A DNA stretch of 63,809 nt, the filler included, from Cercozoa sp. M6MM (lineage: Eukaryota; Protista; Endomyxa: Ascetosporea): NCBI GenBank assembly GCA_040357565.1. It is 11 parts of 11 records of this genome, joined end to end, with 100 filler letters (N's around TTAATTAATTAA, not from the genome) between each part and the next. Parts side by side here need not be neighbours in the genome. Positions count along the whole stretch, not along the records: positions 32,006 to 38,896 come from JBDODJ010000682.1; positions 38,997 to 42,002 come from JBDODJ010001653.1; positions 42,103 to 55,827 come from JBDODJ010000348.1; 8 more parts are not named here. One strand, written 5' to 3'. The notes under the pieces are model-generated. The model was not told the DNA's origin and made no database searches. It worked only from the letters and a program-made list of their open reading frames with translations. Positions 34,145 to 49,100 of the stretch are shown piece after piece; position 1 is the stretch's first letter; every line of letters starts with the position of its first letter. Position numbers and translations under genes: made by a program.

Positions 34145-37060
34145 TTAGTGCTGCAAGAGTGCAAAAACGACAGCCCCAAGCACTGATAAGCCGTAACTGA
34201 TGGAAGCAGCACCCGACAGGCCGTTGGACAGCTTGATCGTCGTGATCTCTGCAAGTATATAGGGTCTCCAGAGAACATATCCCCTTGCTTGCGAAAATAA
34301 AAAGGAGACCAAGTTGCGACACGCGCGTAGTGAGATTGGCGATAATGTCAAGCAGCTGCGTCGTCGTGTTGGTGTGGTTGAGCTGCAGATCGGCCATACC
34401 TTGTGTGCTGGAGGTGTTAAGTGACTCGAGTCGCGTCTGCAACTGAGCTGACATGTTGACGACACTGAGATTGAGTCGATTCAGACGAGCATGTTGCGAC
34501 ATGTCAGTGTCATTGTTGTCCAATGAAAGTGCACTGAGAGTGGCATTGATTCGCGCGATGCTGTGAGTGTGCGCACCGATAGCAGAGTCGAGTGAACTGA
34601 TCTGCAGAGAGAAAGTCGTGTTGAGCGAGTCGATGCGCTCGTTGACAGTGTCGTTGACAGCGTCGATCTGCTGCTGCAACGTCGAGTCGAGTGCCAAGAG
34701 CGAACTGTTGAGACTGTTGATATTGTTGCTGTTCCGAACAGCAGCGTTGGTGTTCTGGGCGATGTTGTCACTGTTAGTGGCCACACTGACTTGCGTCGCA
34801 CTGAGCGACGTGTTGACACTCGCGATGGCAGCATTGACACTGGCACTGAGTGCACTGAGTGTGCTGTTCAACGTGTTGAGATTGCTCGCAGTGTCACTGG
34901 ACAGAGTGCTCACGGTCGAACTGAGTGCATCGAGAGTGTCATTGACTGAACCGAGGTTGTTCGTGGTTGCTTGCAGACTGGCGTTGACCGAGGCGATGTT
35001 GCTGGCACTGTCACTGGAAAGTGTCGACACAGTCGAGTCGAGTGAATTCAACGTGTTGATGACCGAACTGACGTTGCTTCTGGTGTCACTCGCCAGACTG
35101 CTCACAGTCGAACTGAGCGTTCCAACAGTCGTCGACAGCGCCTTTAACGTGGCATTGACCGAACTGACATTGCTCCAGGTGTCGCTGATATGCGTATTCA
35201 CGGTTGAATCAAGCGAGCTCACTGTCGAACTGAGCGTATTGAGACTGCTGCTGACCGAGCTGACATTGTTCCAAGTGTCACTGGCAAGAGTGTCGACAGT
35301 CGAACTGAGCGCATTCACGGTCGAATCAAGCGAATTGAAAGTGCTGTTGACAGAACTGATGTTGCTCCAGGTGTCACTGCTGAGTGTGCTCACTGTGGAA
35401 CTGAGCGCAGTCACTGTCGAACTGAGTGAAGTCAGAGTGCCGTTGACCGAACTGATGTTGCTCCTAGTGTCACTGTTCAGTGTGCTCACTGTCGAGCCAA
35501 GCGAGCTCACAGTCGACGTGAGAGAAGCCAGTGTGATGTTGACCGAACTGATGTTGCTCCGAGTGTCACTCGTCAATGTGCTCACTGTGGAACTGAGTGC
35601 AGTCAGTGTCGAACTGACTGAAGTCAGTGTGCTGTTGACCGAACTGATGTTGCTCCAAGTGTCACTCGTCAATGTGCTCACTGTTGAACTCAGTGAATTG
35701 AGTGTGCTGTTCAAGCTTGCAATGTCGCTGTTTGTGTCATCAAACGTAGCACTCACACTGGCACCGAGATATTGCAGACTGCTGTTCAAGCTGGTAATGT
35801 TACTGGCAGTGTCGCTGGACAGTGTGCTCACTGTCGAACTAAGTGAGTTGAGTGTGCTGTTCAAACTCGCAATGTTGCTGCCAGTGTCAGTGGATAAAGT
35901 AGCCACACTCGAACTGAGTGAGTTGACAGTGCTGTTGACCGAGCTGAGATTGTCACTGACTGTTTCCAGAGTCGTATTGAGCGAGTTGATACTGCTAGTG
36001 GTGTCACTGGACAGAGTGCTCACGGTCGAGCTGAGAGCAGTGAGACTGTTGTTGACTGAGGTGATGTCGCTTGTGACTGAACTGATGTCGAGACCACTCA
36101 CTGTGGAATTGAGCGACACCACTGTGCTGTTGAGTGTGTCAAAGTCGCTCTGCGAGGCGTATCCATTCACTGCTGCTGTGATCGCTGTCTCCCACCTGCA
36201 CTCCACATGTAAAGTGCACACCATCAGCCTCAGATAGTTTGCGTTTCTGAAAGAGTCCAACGCACTCTCCAACCACGTGATCGATCTGGCTCTGTGCACA
36301 CCCACTCGAATGTGTGTAAACTTATAACTAAAGCTCAGTGCGCTAGATGTTCCGTACCGTAAATAGCGTAGTGGATGCGTACTGAAAGTTCACGTCACCG
36401 GAACCTGCCGTGGCGATGGCTTGCTTGCTGTAGCACGTCACCAGAACCTTCATGTCGTAGTCGGGCACGCAACTCCCGGTGTTGGCCTCGTCCGGAAACA
36501 CGATATGCATGATGTTTGCTGCGAAGCACTTGGTATCACGAAAAGATCACAAAACTGGCAGTGGTACAGCTGTTCACGTAAGTGACGGCGGTGGCCTCGA
36601 GCCCAGTTGCAGAGCGTCCGCAGCGACACCCGAGGTCGCTCTCTCTCAGCAAGAAACCGAAAGGAATGTTGGTGTCAAAGACTTGCGCCCTAAGGGAATG
36701 CCTCAGTTCAGTTACTGCAATACTCAGTACAGTACCAGTAGTTGTTCGTCTTATCCAGAAGGTGCGTGCTCTGGCCGTCGTTAGTGATCACCTGCAAGAA
36801 TGTCGTGTCTGTCTCGAACGCCGTCGGAAAGGCCGTGCTGCCACCGCAGGCGGTTTCACCCGTGCCGACGCAGATGTAAAAGCCCTGTCAGTGTGTGCAG
36901 TTGCAAACTGTAAAGTAACTCATGATCGACGACTGCTGCACTGTACCCGCGAGGCAACCGGTGTCGAAGTGTCCACCAGAGTGGACGGACGCGTTAGCGA
37001 AACGGCGACAGCAGTCTGCACTGCCAGTGCACCCAGCAGGAGCAGTCCCGAGACCAACAT
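34145..37060 (-). CDS. Cell-surface stalk protein: signal peptide, Cys-containing head, about 600-aa Ser/Thr/Asn heptad repeat, hydrophobic GPI-like tail
   Basis: MLVSGLLLLGALAVQTAVA; long exon (about 34310-36196) of SDTxSNISSVNSTL..LSSTVSTLS repeats; last exon EITTIKLSNGLSGAASISYGLSVLGAVVFALLQH-stop. Confidence 0.8.
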
Positions 37061-37589
37061 AGTGCACAAAGCTATCTGCAAACGCAAACGCTGCACGTGC
37101 AAACCGATTGAACGCCTGTGTGTCCCAAATCGACAAAAATGATTGCTACCGATCAACACTCGAATCGACCCAAGTGACGGTTTTGATCATGTTGATCGTT
37201 GGCCGATTCGACTTGGAACATAACTATAACATAAGTGTCCGACACTTATGCGGTTTTACAGAAGTTTGGACACTTAGGTGGTCTGAAAGGCCTCTCACGC
37301 GCAAAAATTTGGACAGTTGCATTTTCTTAAAAAAATGTCAATTTGTTCATTTTTGTAACGTTTTTGGTGACAAGGGTTCGGCAATGGCACTTTGGTTGTT
37401 TCAACTTTTTTGTCGCTTTGGAGTTTCGCTCAACGACAGGAATTGCAAAACGGATGTCGTTGCGCCTGCCGGTGGACGACGAGGTGTGTGTCCAGCCTCA
37501 GTCGTTTTCTTTGGCGTTCTCGAGCATTAAATTTATCGGACGTTGTCGCATCGAACACAAATAATGCGCAAGACTTTTTTATCGTATAC

Positions 37590-38845
37590 TATGAAGACCC
37601 AAGAACGCCAAGAAGGCCGCGACGTTCCAGTCGAACTTGTTCAAGCTGGGGCCAAGAAACGTGTTTGCCCTCGGCAAGACGCGCACGGCAAGTGTCGCGT
37701 CTCTGCGTTGTGACTCTCTTGGTGTTGACCTAATTTTGGTGTCTTATGTGCTGTTGCTTGTTGCAGGTACGGTACGATTCGCCACCAGTCGTTTCAACTC
37801 AGAGAACAACTGGTCGCGCGGTTGCGTCGCGCGAGTGGCATTTGGGACCAACGGGCGAAGCGACAGCTGGTGTCTGGTAAAGGAAGCACCGAAGCACCAG
37901 CCATAATCGCAAAAGCAACAGATTTAGATTCTACATTGTACATTGGAAGTAGCTGCCGCCTCTATCGTGGCGCGACTCTCACAACAAAGCAGCAAAGATA
38001 TGTTTCACCGATTTTGTCCATTCGCTGATCCATGCGCAAGTTCTGTATAGGTCGCTGCGTTATCCCCTGAAAAACATTGACTGAATAAGGGATTTGAGAT
38101 TGATGTGTACCGCAAATTACAAACAACCAAGTTGCTTCCAGTGGACCAGCCTGGGGCAGCTTTCCGTCCTAGCAGACCCACCATACTCACTTTCACGCAG
38201 TTCTCCCTATGAACACGCTTAGGGCACTAATTTTGTTACAATTGTACTCTAGAGCAAAGTGACCACGATCGATCGGTGATCATCTACCGTATACTAGTAA
38301 TTCTATTGGAACACTCTTACGTGGTGTCCGAAACTGGATTCCTTGTTATCCTCAAACATAATCACCCAGAACACTTGTTCCAGCAGTACAGGATGACAGA
38401 GCCTCAGGAGCCGGTGCTAGACTACGAGGCCGCATTCGAAAAGCAATCGTTCCGCTCGAAGCGTGCGGGCCGCTTCGACGACCGTGTGTTTTCCTGTCCC
38501 AAAATTATTATTTGTTTGTCTTCATGCGTGAATGCCGAGGCAGTCTTCGACTTCATCGATGAGAACGGAGTTGTTTTAGACAACCCTGAGGCAGAAAAGC
38601 CGGTCCAGACAAGCGCGCTCACCTGGGTTCTGGCAGCTTCGGCAGCGTGTACAGGGTGTCTCGCAAGCACGTGCCGCCGTCGAAGCAAAATCAGTTTGCC
38701 GCCAAACTCTTGCATGTGTTCAACACTTTGAAGGAACGTAAGGGGTGGCGTCCGCGAACGCAGGAGGAGGCAAATGAGGAGTCTGTCGATGGAGCCGAGT
38801 CACAGATCAAGCAGGTGAATCTTGAGACGCGCGTCATGTCCCAGT
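37590..38845 (+). CDS. Hypothetical protein(s), structure unresolved, 3' partial
   Basis: Coding-like exons (MKTQERQEGRDVPVELVQ.., MTEPQEPVLDYEAAFEKQSFRSKR.., VSRKHVPPSKQNQFAAKLLHVFNTLK). I could not build one consistent splice path. Confidence 0.3.
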
Positions 38846-38896
<51 letters not shown>

Positions 38897-38996
38897 NNNN
38901 NNNNNNNNNNNNNNNNNNNNNNNNNNNNNNNNNNNNNNNNTTAATTAATTAANNNNNNNNNNNNNNNNNNNNNNNNNNNNNNNNNNNNNNNNNNNN

Positions 38997-40605
38997 GGGG
39001 GGGGGCTTGGGGAGACGAAGATTTATTGAGAATCTTGACATTGCACGAGTGGAACGGTCAAGACAACGAGGAGCCCTTCGTCGAAATCTTCACGAGCGAT
39101 CATCCCGACGAAGAGGTCGCAGAGACCTACGTGCAGCTTCTGAAGTATCCGGAGTTTCGAAAGCAACTCACGCGAGGCTTGAGTAGGTCAGGTACAGAAG
39201 CAACCACCCGAGACAACAACTTTCAATCAATTGTGTGGTTCCTGTCGTTTGACCAGCCGGATTCGAGTTGTTCATTCCTCTGTTGGGACACAGACGCAAA
39301 CTGACTTGTGAGATTGTGAGACTGAGGATACTAATCCCTCAGTTTAATACTGAAGTTTCAATTTGGTCTTGCGTACAGGCAGACAACATTCTCAGCGTGC
39401 TGAAAGAGACCAAGTCGCTGTGCTATCACGAGGATTTGTTCTCGGTTCCGCCGGATGTCTTCGCGCACTTGGTCCGCGCGGATCTCGCCGATGAGCGACC
39501 CGTGATGCGCTGGACTGTGTCGGACCTCGCTCATTTCGTGTGTCGGTTCGCCATGCCGCATCGCAAGCTGGACAGTCGGGAAGTTCGCGAAATTGTGAAA
39601 CAGGACACGGCGATACTCCAGCTGCTGCCTGACATGGTGTCGCTGTACTGTCGCACTGGCAGACGTTGCTGGGTCGAAGGAGAGTCGCGTGCACATCTGT
39701 GCATGCACTTGACTGACAGATTCGAGAAGAAAATGGTAGCTGCAGCAGATGCACTGGCGCTGCTCGTGTTCATGGATGTACGAAAGTGCTTGAAACTGAT
39801 GGAGAGTACCAAGGTGTGTTTATCTGTATGTATGCTGACTGAACACGGCAGAGGAACAACGTGGTGAAACGCTCGTGCATGTACGTCGCTCGAGCAATAT
39901 CGCTGTGCCAGCAGTTTGTGTATCATGGCCTGCAACGAGAGCGAAGAGAACAGCAGGAACTATCGCAGTCGCCGTATGAGGACCTGATCCCCAGCGAAAA
40001 GAGTCGTCAGTTCTGCGACTATTGCGTCGTTCTTGTTCTCGCGTGTCTCGATACTGCAGCTGCACCTGTACTCCAGTGTCACTTTTCGTTTGGAAGTTAT
40101 CAGAGCCACGTGACTGGTCCTAAGGTTGCGGATCGACTCCTCGCTTCGTTTCATTTCCGCGTCTCCAACATTATTGGTACAAACAGGCAGACTCCGTCGT
40201 ACAGTTAGCTCCACAGTGTACCGTGAATTTTGACCACAGATCGCATCGCAACGTACTGCGCAACGCAATCGGAACTTCAGCTTGATGGCGACGATGTATT
40301 TCCCGTGGAGTATCGGTACAACACTGCACGAGGGTTCAGGCTTGCTTCAAGTTCTCCAGAATAAACGTGAATCAGAGTGTCGGATGACGTGCGGAACACT
40401 GTTTTTGCATTCGTTGGCCAATCTACTTTCTTGCTTCCTGCCGTGCACTCGAGTGTAACCAGCTGTTTTTTCAACGGTACTGTAGTCCGTTTTGATGTCA
40501 ACTGGTAGGGACAAGACTTGTCGCCGCTGTGCAAGATGATGCTCCCTGAGTTGCACCGAGCGATGGAGCTCTTTGTTTCCAGCGAGTTTTCTCACGAACG
40601 GTGAG
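38997..40605 (+). CDS. Hypothetical helical protein, 5' partial
   Basis: Coding-like ORFs 39026-39304, 39268-39867 and 39861-40208 are linkable by GT-AG introns. No family recognised. Confidence 0.5.
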
Positions 40606-40877
40606 ACCCTGCAAGTCACGAAGCGTAAGTAAACGGTCACGCAGCCAGAAAGATCTGTTTAATTACGCTGTTGTCAATGTGAACCAAGCAAAATAATAAG
40701 ACCTCAAGTACGCTTTATTGAGTTTAAAGCTACATTGGCACTACATCACACATGTCAGATCACACATGTGATGTAGGATATTTTGACGTGAGTTTTTACA
40801 GCTTTTTACAATTTATTTGCTGCTTTTTTCTTTTTATGCGAGCGACTTCAGTTTTTTTTAGAACCGGTTTTCCTCAG

Positions 40878-41238
40878 GTCCCTGAGGCGTTCATGGTGCT
40901 GCATATGTACATTCGGCGAAATACGGCAGAGTCGCTGCGAAAACTGCGCAACATGCTCGAGTCCGAGAAGAATTGTTGCACGCACATCGCGATCGAATGT
41001 GTCGTTGGCGGCGAGAGTCCACTCGAGACAGCGATCGATGTTGACTCGGTCGAAATGGTGCTGCCAATGTCTATCTAGCTCACGAGCGTAATGCTGACCT
41101 TAATGCTTGTGTGGCTGTGCCTGTACAAAGGTGACGTTGCTGCTCGAGATGGGCGCCGAGTGCAAGCAGGAACACCTGTTGCAGGCAAGGAGCGCTGCTG
41201 TACGCGAGCTGCTGGAGCGGGCTCTCTCGCTGACCTAG
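40878..41238 (+). CDS. Ankyrin-repeat-containing terminal exons (small protein, or C-terminus of the upstream gene)
   Basis: Spliced GESPLETAIDVDSVEM/VTLLLEMGA fits the ankyrin consensus; stop TAG 41236-41238. Confidence 0.55.
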
Positions 41239-41344
41239 CGCACACTGTCGTTACGCTGAAAGCTGAATCGACTAGCGTGAGTAGTATCCAGTCAAAATTT
41301 AGCACGCTCCAGCAGGTCAGGCAGAGCAGGCGAGTGAGTTTAAT

Positions 41345-41978
41345 TTAATTGAGCGCCTTGTCGCAAGCAGCCTTGGCGAGACCGACGATCTGCACAGACA
41401 CACGCAGGTGAGACACTCGATGGGAGTCAGCAAGGCATAGCACACACGTACCTTGCCGCACTTGTCCGACACAGTGGCGAGCACAGCACCGTCTGCTCGA
41501 AACCACATATACATAATATACATATACAACATATAAATATATCATAGACACATATACAGATATACATATAGCAGAGAGTACCCTCAGCAAAGAAGACACT
41601 AGCCAGTGCAGACACGCGCTGCTGCTGCTCCGGCGTCGAAGCCCACTGCGCGAGCTTCTTGAGCTGCACAGATAGGGCACACTGGTAGGGTGGGGGTACA
41701 GCGGGGTAAGGGAGGTATACCGTCTGTCCGCCCAGCAAGGCGGCCTTGTGCAGTGCACTACGTGACAGACCGACCTCGAGCAGCACGTCGTCGCTCTGCT
41801 TCGTCACACCGGCCTCGCGCGACACGTCGAACAGACGCTGCAGGACCTGGGGGCGGGGGCTAAAAAGGGGGGAGGGGTAAAGCTGTGACAAGATACTTCC
41901 AGCGCCAGCAAGACGAGTGTCGCGTCGTCGTTCGGCGACACATGCGCCAGACTCGATGCCAGCGGCAGTGCCTATCCA
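41345..41978 (-). CDS. C-terminal exons of a hypothetical helical protein
   Basis: In-frame GT-AG chain ..DDATLVLLALE/VLQRLFDVSREAG../LKKLAQWASTPEQ../DGAVLATVSDKCGK/IVGLAKAACDKALN-stop. Confidence 0.6.
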
Positions 41979-42103
41979 GAGGGGGGTAAAGAACAGTAAA
42001 GGNNNNNNNNNNNNNNNNNNNNNNNNNNNNNNNNNNNNNNNNNNNNTTAATTAATTAANNNNNNNNNNNNNNNNNNNNNNNNNNNNNNNNNNNNNNNNNN
42101 NNC

Positions 42104-43912
<1,809 letters not shown>

Positions 43913-44490
43913 CTACCATTTCTTACGTCAGCACATTCTCACGGCTTTTCGTAATTGGAGCAAGACGAGACGATATCCCAAGGCCAAGCTGCAGTTTTAC
44001 TTTAAGCATATTACAGTGGGGTTTACTTGCCGTTGCTTGATTTGCTGACGTGATGTAAGCCTCCAGGCCGTTGTTTTTGTAAATTAGCACTACACAAGCA
44101 GTCCTCTAGCTGAGGAAACTAGCTACAGTGTTGCGGTGCAATACCTGGATTGTTGCGGGTCTGATGCACTGCGCGGTCGCGGTGTTGCCCATCGCATGTT
44201 TTTTGTGGCAACCAGCGCATCTCAAGTAAACTTACTCGAACAGCCACTCGATGTGCTCGCACCAGAGCGAGAATGCAAAGTCTGTCAACCGGTCGAAATG
44301 AGGCAGGAACAACCTCTGCGAAGAGGTGCTAGTGGTGTCAGCGTACACGAAGAGGTGTGAGCGTACGCTTGCAAGAAGGAGACTTACCAAGGTGTGCCCA
44401 CAGTTGTGCAACTTGAGGGTCAGTTTAACCGCAAAAAAGCAGTGCAGTCACAATCATAATACGCTTTATCACAGTTTCTGATCCATCTTT

Positions 44491-45387
44491 TTAATGTGAC
44501 GATTCTTCATCTGCGTCGTAATTTAACGCGACTTCAACTTTGTGCGTGGAATGTCGCGTCTTTCGGCGTGCGCCGGCTTTTGCATCTCGTTGACGATAAA
44601 GCGAGAAATCGTGGTTCAGCGACGCGTGACTTGCGTCCTCTGACCTGAAATCGGAAGGAGGAGTATCATCTGGGTCTGAGTCCGGATCTTTCTTTGATTC
44701 GGCTCGCTCTTTCTTCCATTGCTTGCGCGTGCGTCTTCCGAGCTGGTGAGTGCGTCTGGGAAACTGCTGGCGTCGTGGCAGATCGCCAAAGTGACCGATT
44801 TGGTCTCCAGCACGATACCACCCCTTCATGCCGTAGCTGAAGAAAGTAGTCAATGTAGATCGAATGATTGTTCGAGTCGGACCATACCGTACCAGTCCAA
44901 GCAAGTGTCGCTACTACAAGAGGACGCTGACTCTTCAGTTTCCCAGAACAGTTTGCCACTTCGATCTTTGGTCAGAACTTGCCGTTTGCTTCTCCATTTT
45001 AGCTTTCTAAACATAAGAAAATGTCCCTCTAAAGACGCACGTATTGTTTTTGAAGCGAAAGATAATGTTGTACCCCTTTCGAAACACGAAGCGAGGACGA
45101 AGGCATCGCACAATAGGAGTGTACTGCTCGTTGTGGCTCAGATCGGGCAGGTGGCACCTGCCGCACCCAACCGGTAGCAAAACGTTGCTCGTTTGCTAGT
45201 ACACCCAGCTTTCACATTTTGGGCTCACCTTCCTTTGCATCTGCAACGGTGACAGTGGCCTAAACCCAGCACCAGTGACATCGCTTGGCAGTTGCAAAGA
45301 ACGAGAATCTAAAGCACCCGATGTGGCGCTCGTTGCTCTCACTGTCAGCGCCAGCAGCGCCAAGATCAACAGACCGACCACGTGCAT
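44491..45387 (-). CDS. Hypothetical secreted protein
   Basis: Signal-peptide-like MHVVGLLILALLALTVRA, GTGAG donor after MQRK, and a terminal exon in ORF 44491-44904. Internal exon frames are uncertain. Confidence 0.45.
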
Positions 45388-46100
45388 TCACGTTTTTCCC
45401 ACTGTTGGACTCGGTGTGCACGCAGGATAGACTGGCTTCGCCGTCGTGCTGAACAGTTCAGTTTTCTCAGAGGCTTCAGTCCAAATGTCACGCCACATTC
45501 ACACCACCATGAGTCAGTTAAAACGAACAGCGATACTGGTACCGCGATCGCAGATTGATTGTGCGCAACAATGTCTTGACGTTGCACTGTTGACTAGCCC
45601 GATCGAGGTGGCTGCGGCCTGCAGACCGGAGATGAAATACTGCAATGGGTAAGTTACACCGACAGACAGAGTGGCGACTACAGACAAGTATTGATACAGC
45701 ACCCTCCCAAGAGGCCTATGGAATGTACCCCGTAGTACAGTCTAATTAACTCCCTAAAGCTCCGTATGACTCAACTGAAGCGCCGCTTTTAAGAAACCCC
45801 AGACAAATACCAAAGCCTCAAGCTCTATTTGGCGCGCAAAATGCCATCAGTGCACTGCAGGTGGTGTCAGCGTGTACGGAGCTCTTGTACTACGCCTGTT
45901 GGCGCCTGGTAAGTGCAATTTCTTCACCACTTGACAAACTGGGAAGAGCTTCAGAAGCCTTTTGCTTCTGCTGTCTCCGAGTGCCGAAAAGCTATGCAAA
46001 AGCGTTTCGCATTTGCTTGCGGGAGAATCTCTAGCTCAAATTTAGCTCTTTTTGTCTCTTATCCGTCGTTTAAAGCGCTATCGTATGACATTGAGGTGTG

Positions 46101-49100
46101 ATGCTTCCACAGGCACCAAAGTCTCCTCGAGGACGCGCGTTTCGCCGTCAGCGAGTCTTTGCGCAGCCGAAGCAGCGAGTTGGCCCGACACTCGGCATCT
46201 ACGAGGGCCTCGCGCGAGACCTCCAACACGGTAACAACGAGAGTCAGTCAAAACTTGTCGACTGGAGCGAAGAACATAGCGACTCAGTAGCACCGAACGC
46301 AGCACTGTACGACATAGACGCCGACTCCGCCGACATCGTGATGGACATGCCATCTTCTTTCGGTTCCGGCGGCAGGAGGCGGCGAAGGAAGCGACGAAGC
46401 AAGGCAAAGCGAGAGCACAGACCCATCTCTGCGCAGGGTCCATCGCATGCAATTCGCATTGACGTGAGGGAGTCGCCGAGTCACTCGACCGGCGAGCTGT
46501 CGTTCGAGGATGACAAAGCCGACGACAGGTCGCTGCCATCCAAGCGTGGCTTTGCCTTTTCGTCCTCGTCGTCCGAGTCGCCCAGCTCTCTGGTGCAGGT
46601 GCAGGCTGAAGGCGAAATCGCCTTTGACGACATCGAAAAGGCCGATCTAGTCGAATACGACGACAAAATCGGCCGAACTCGCTCCGAACAGACTGCTCCA
46701 CCTGAGGAGTCTCCGAGTCGAAAGGAACCTAGTCTAAAGGAACCAAGCTTAAGCCGAAAGGAACCTAGTGAAAAGGGACCAAGTCAAATGGAGCCAAGTC
46801 AAATGGAGTCAAGTCGCATGGAGCCAAGTCGAACGGAGCCAAGTCGAAAGGAGCCAAGTCTAAGTCGAAAGGAACTGAGTCGAGAAGAACCAGGTCGAAT
46901 AGAAGCGAAGCAGCCCATCCCAGAGGAAGCAAAACGAACTGACAGGGAAGGTGGTGCCAAGATTGACACTCAAACTGCAGTAGCAGCAGCAACTGCTGCA
47001 CCAGAACCAACAGTAGCAGAAGCACCGGCCCGTCTGTCCGTCGCGTCGAGTCGCTCAGTGCTGGAGCCTGAGCGCATTGAGGAATTTGACCAGGAGAACG
47101 CCGCCTCAGTAGCCGATCTGGGTAGACTCGAGACCGACCTTGCTCACGCACTGGAACACTCGAGGATACAAAGCGAGCAGGCAGCGCCTCCGTCAGTTCG
47201 TGGTCACTCGCGACGTGCGCATACGCAGAGCGAGGCCGATCAGGAGGCGCAGCGCAAGCGGCGACTGCGAAGGCGACAGGTGCGAGCCGAGTTCTCGCCG
47301 GGTCGCTCGCAGCAAATCCTGTACAACGCCAAGGTACGTGCCGCAAGCGAGCGCTTCCGATTTAGTTCGTTGGTACCGCGCAAGGACACCTGGACTGGGT
47401 GCCGTGGCGTTGGAGATGTCGCTTGGAGCGTCACTGCCAGCACCCTGAGTACTCTGGGTCCGACCAGTGGGGACGGTGCCCTGACAGGCGGCGGCTGGCT
47501 CGCCGTGAGTTTCGGCACGCAGGTGCACTTCCTGCGTGACGGACGCGAACTGGCCAAGCGGTTTGACATGCGTGCCCTCACCGGCGAAGCACGCGGCACT
47601 GTGCAGCTCAAGTGGAACCTCAACGGGACGCAGTGCCTGTGCATACAGCGCGACCCGCACGACTCATTGTCGCTCTCGTCGAGTGTCGTCGTGTGGAACT
47701 CACTCACGTCGCAACTCGTGTGTTTCGAGGCCTGGACTGATGACAGTAGCACCACTGGTAGTGACGACGAAGACGGCGAGCACAATGAACACACCGACCA
47801 AGAGGGCTCGAAGGAGCGGCCGCTGGCACCGTTTCGCATCGCTTTTGCCGAGTGGTCGCCGCACGATGAACATCTCGCTGTGCTGGGAACAACACCGGTG
47901 GCCAAGCAGAAGGCATCGTCGACACTGTGCGAGCTGCTGCTGCTCAACACGGCTCGGCGCAAGCTAACGGTGCTGTCGGAGACGCCTCACTCGGAGTTCG
48001 GCCGGCCACTGGGCGCCGTGTGGCACCGCCGCATGACAGTACTGGCCGTGGCCACTGACGACGACGTCGTCTCCGTGATGAGTATCGGCGAGGGTCTACT
48101 CGCCCAGGCAGAAACCTCCGGCTCGCAAGCACAAACGCAGGTGGAAACTTTGCTGCAGTTGCGAGTGAGACACACTCTCACCGGGATGTCCTTTGTCGAC
48201 TCGCCCAAACAACTCGGCATCTCACTTCAGCAGCGCATCGAAACACTCCGCGTAAGTCTCAAACCCTGTCCCTTATGTCACTACCCCCATGTCTCCTGTT
48301 GTATTGTGTTTGTACTGACTGCGTAGAAAAGCAACGACGAAGCTGGCTCGATGCTGTCGATCTTTGCACTACGATCAGGCAGCAGGATAGGTAACACCAG
48401 ACACTGTTTGCTGCAGTTGAATTGAAGCTTACTCCTGTGCCCAGTAGGTGAGGCACCGAGTGCCGAGTTGCTGCGTGTCGATATGCTGTTCAAACAGAAG
48501 TACGGCGACCTGCTGGCTCACTTCTGGCTCGACGACTCGCATCTACTAGTCGCCTTTGTGACTGGACGTCTGTCGGTGTTCCAGGTGCAGTTCGACATTC
48601 CAGGCAGACGCGTGCACCGGAAACTGCAGGCACAGGAACTCGCGCGCATCCAGTTGCCAGCACCGGTGTCGAACTTCTCGCTGGTGGCACGGCCCATTGC
48701 TTGCGACACGGCACTCGCACTGCCACAGCACGGCGCTGCCGCCTTCGTGCCGAACCCGGCGCAACTGACGAAAGACGACGAACTGCGCGGCCTGCGTGAG
48801 TTCTGGTCAGCGCGCGTGGCTTTATTCGCAGCTGCCGGGCCGACTGGAGTCTTCGTGGGAGACCTAAGACCAGACACCTCGCAAGGCACCTTCATTGTGC
48901 GACGTGTGATTCAGATCGCCGCGTCTGACCAGGTGCCAGTGCCTGTGGACAAACTATACGCACTCCGATCGCCGCGACACGAGAACATTGTGCTGCAAAA
49001 GGCTGCCGATGTTGCCAAGAGTAAGCAACAAGGTGCACAGTCCAAGAGCACTGATCGCACCGATACCAAGTCCAAAGGTCTCAAGGCTCGTCGACGCTCC

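Noticed and set aside
34567-36237. 556-aa plus-strand ORF
   Set aside because: Antisense shadow of the repetitive stalk exon; the minus strand has the signal peptide, splice sites and hydrophobic tail.
45828-45840. E2F-like palindrome TTTGGCGCGCAAA between divergent genes
   Set aside because: A single short motif in CG-rich DNA next to genes without an obvious cell-cycle role; cannot be separated from chance.
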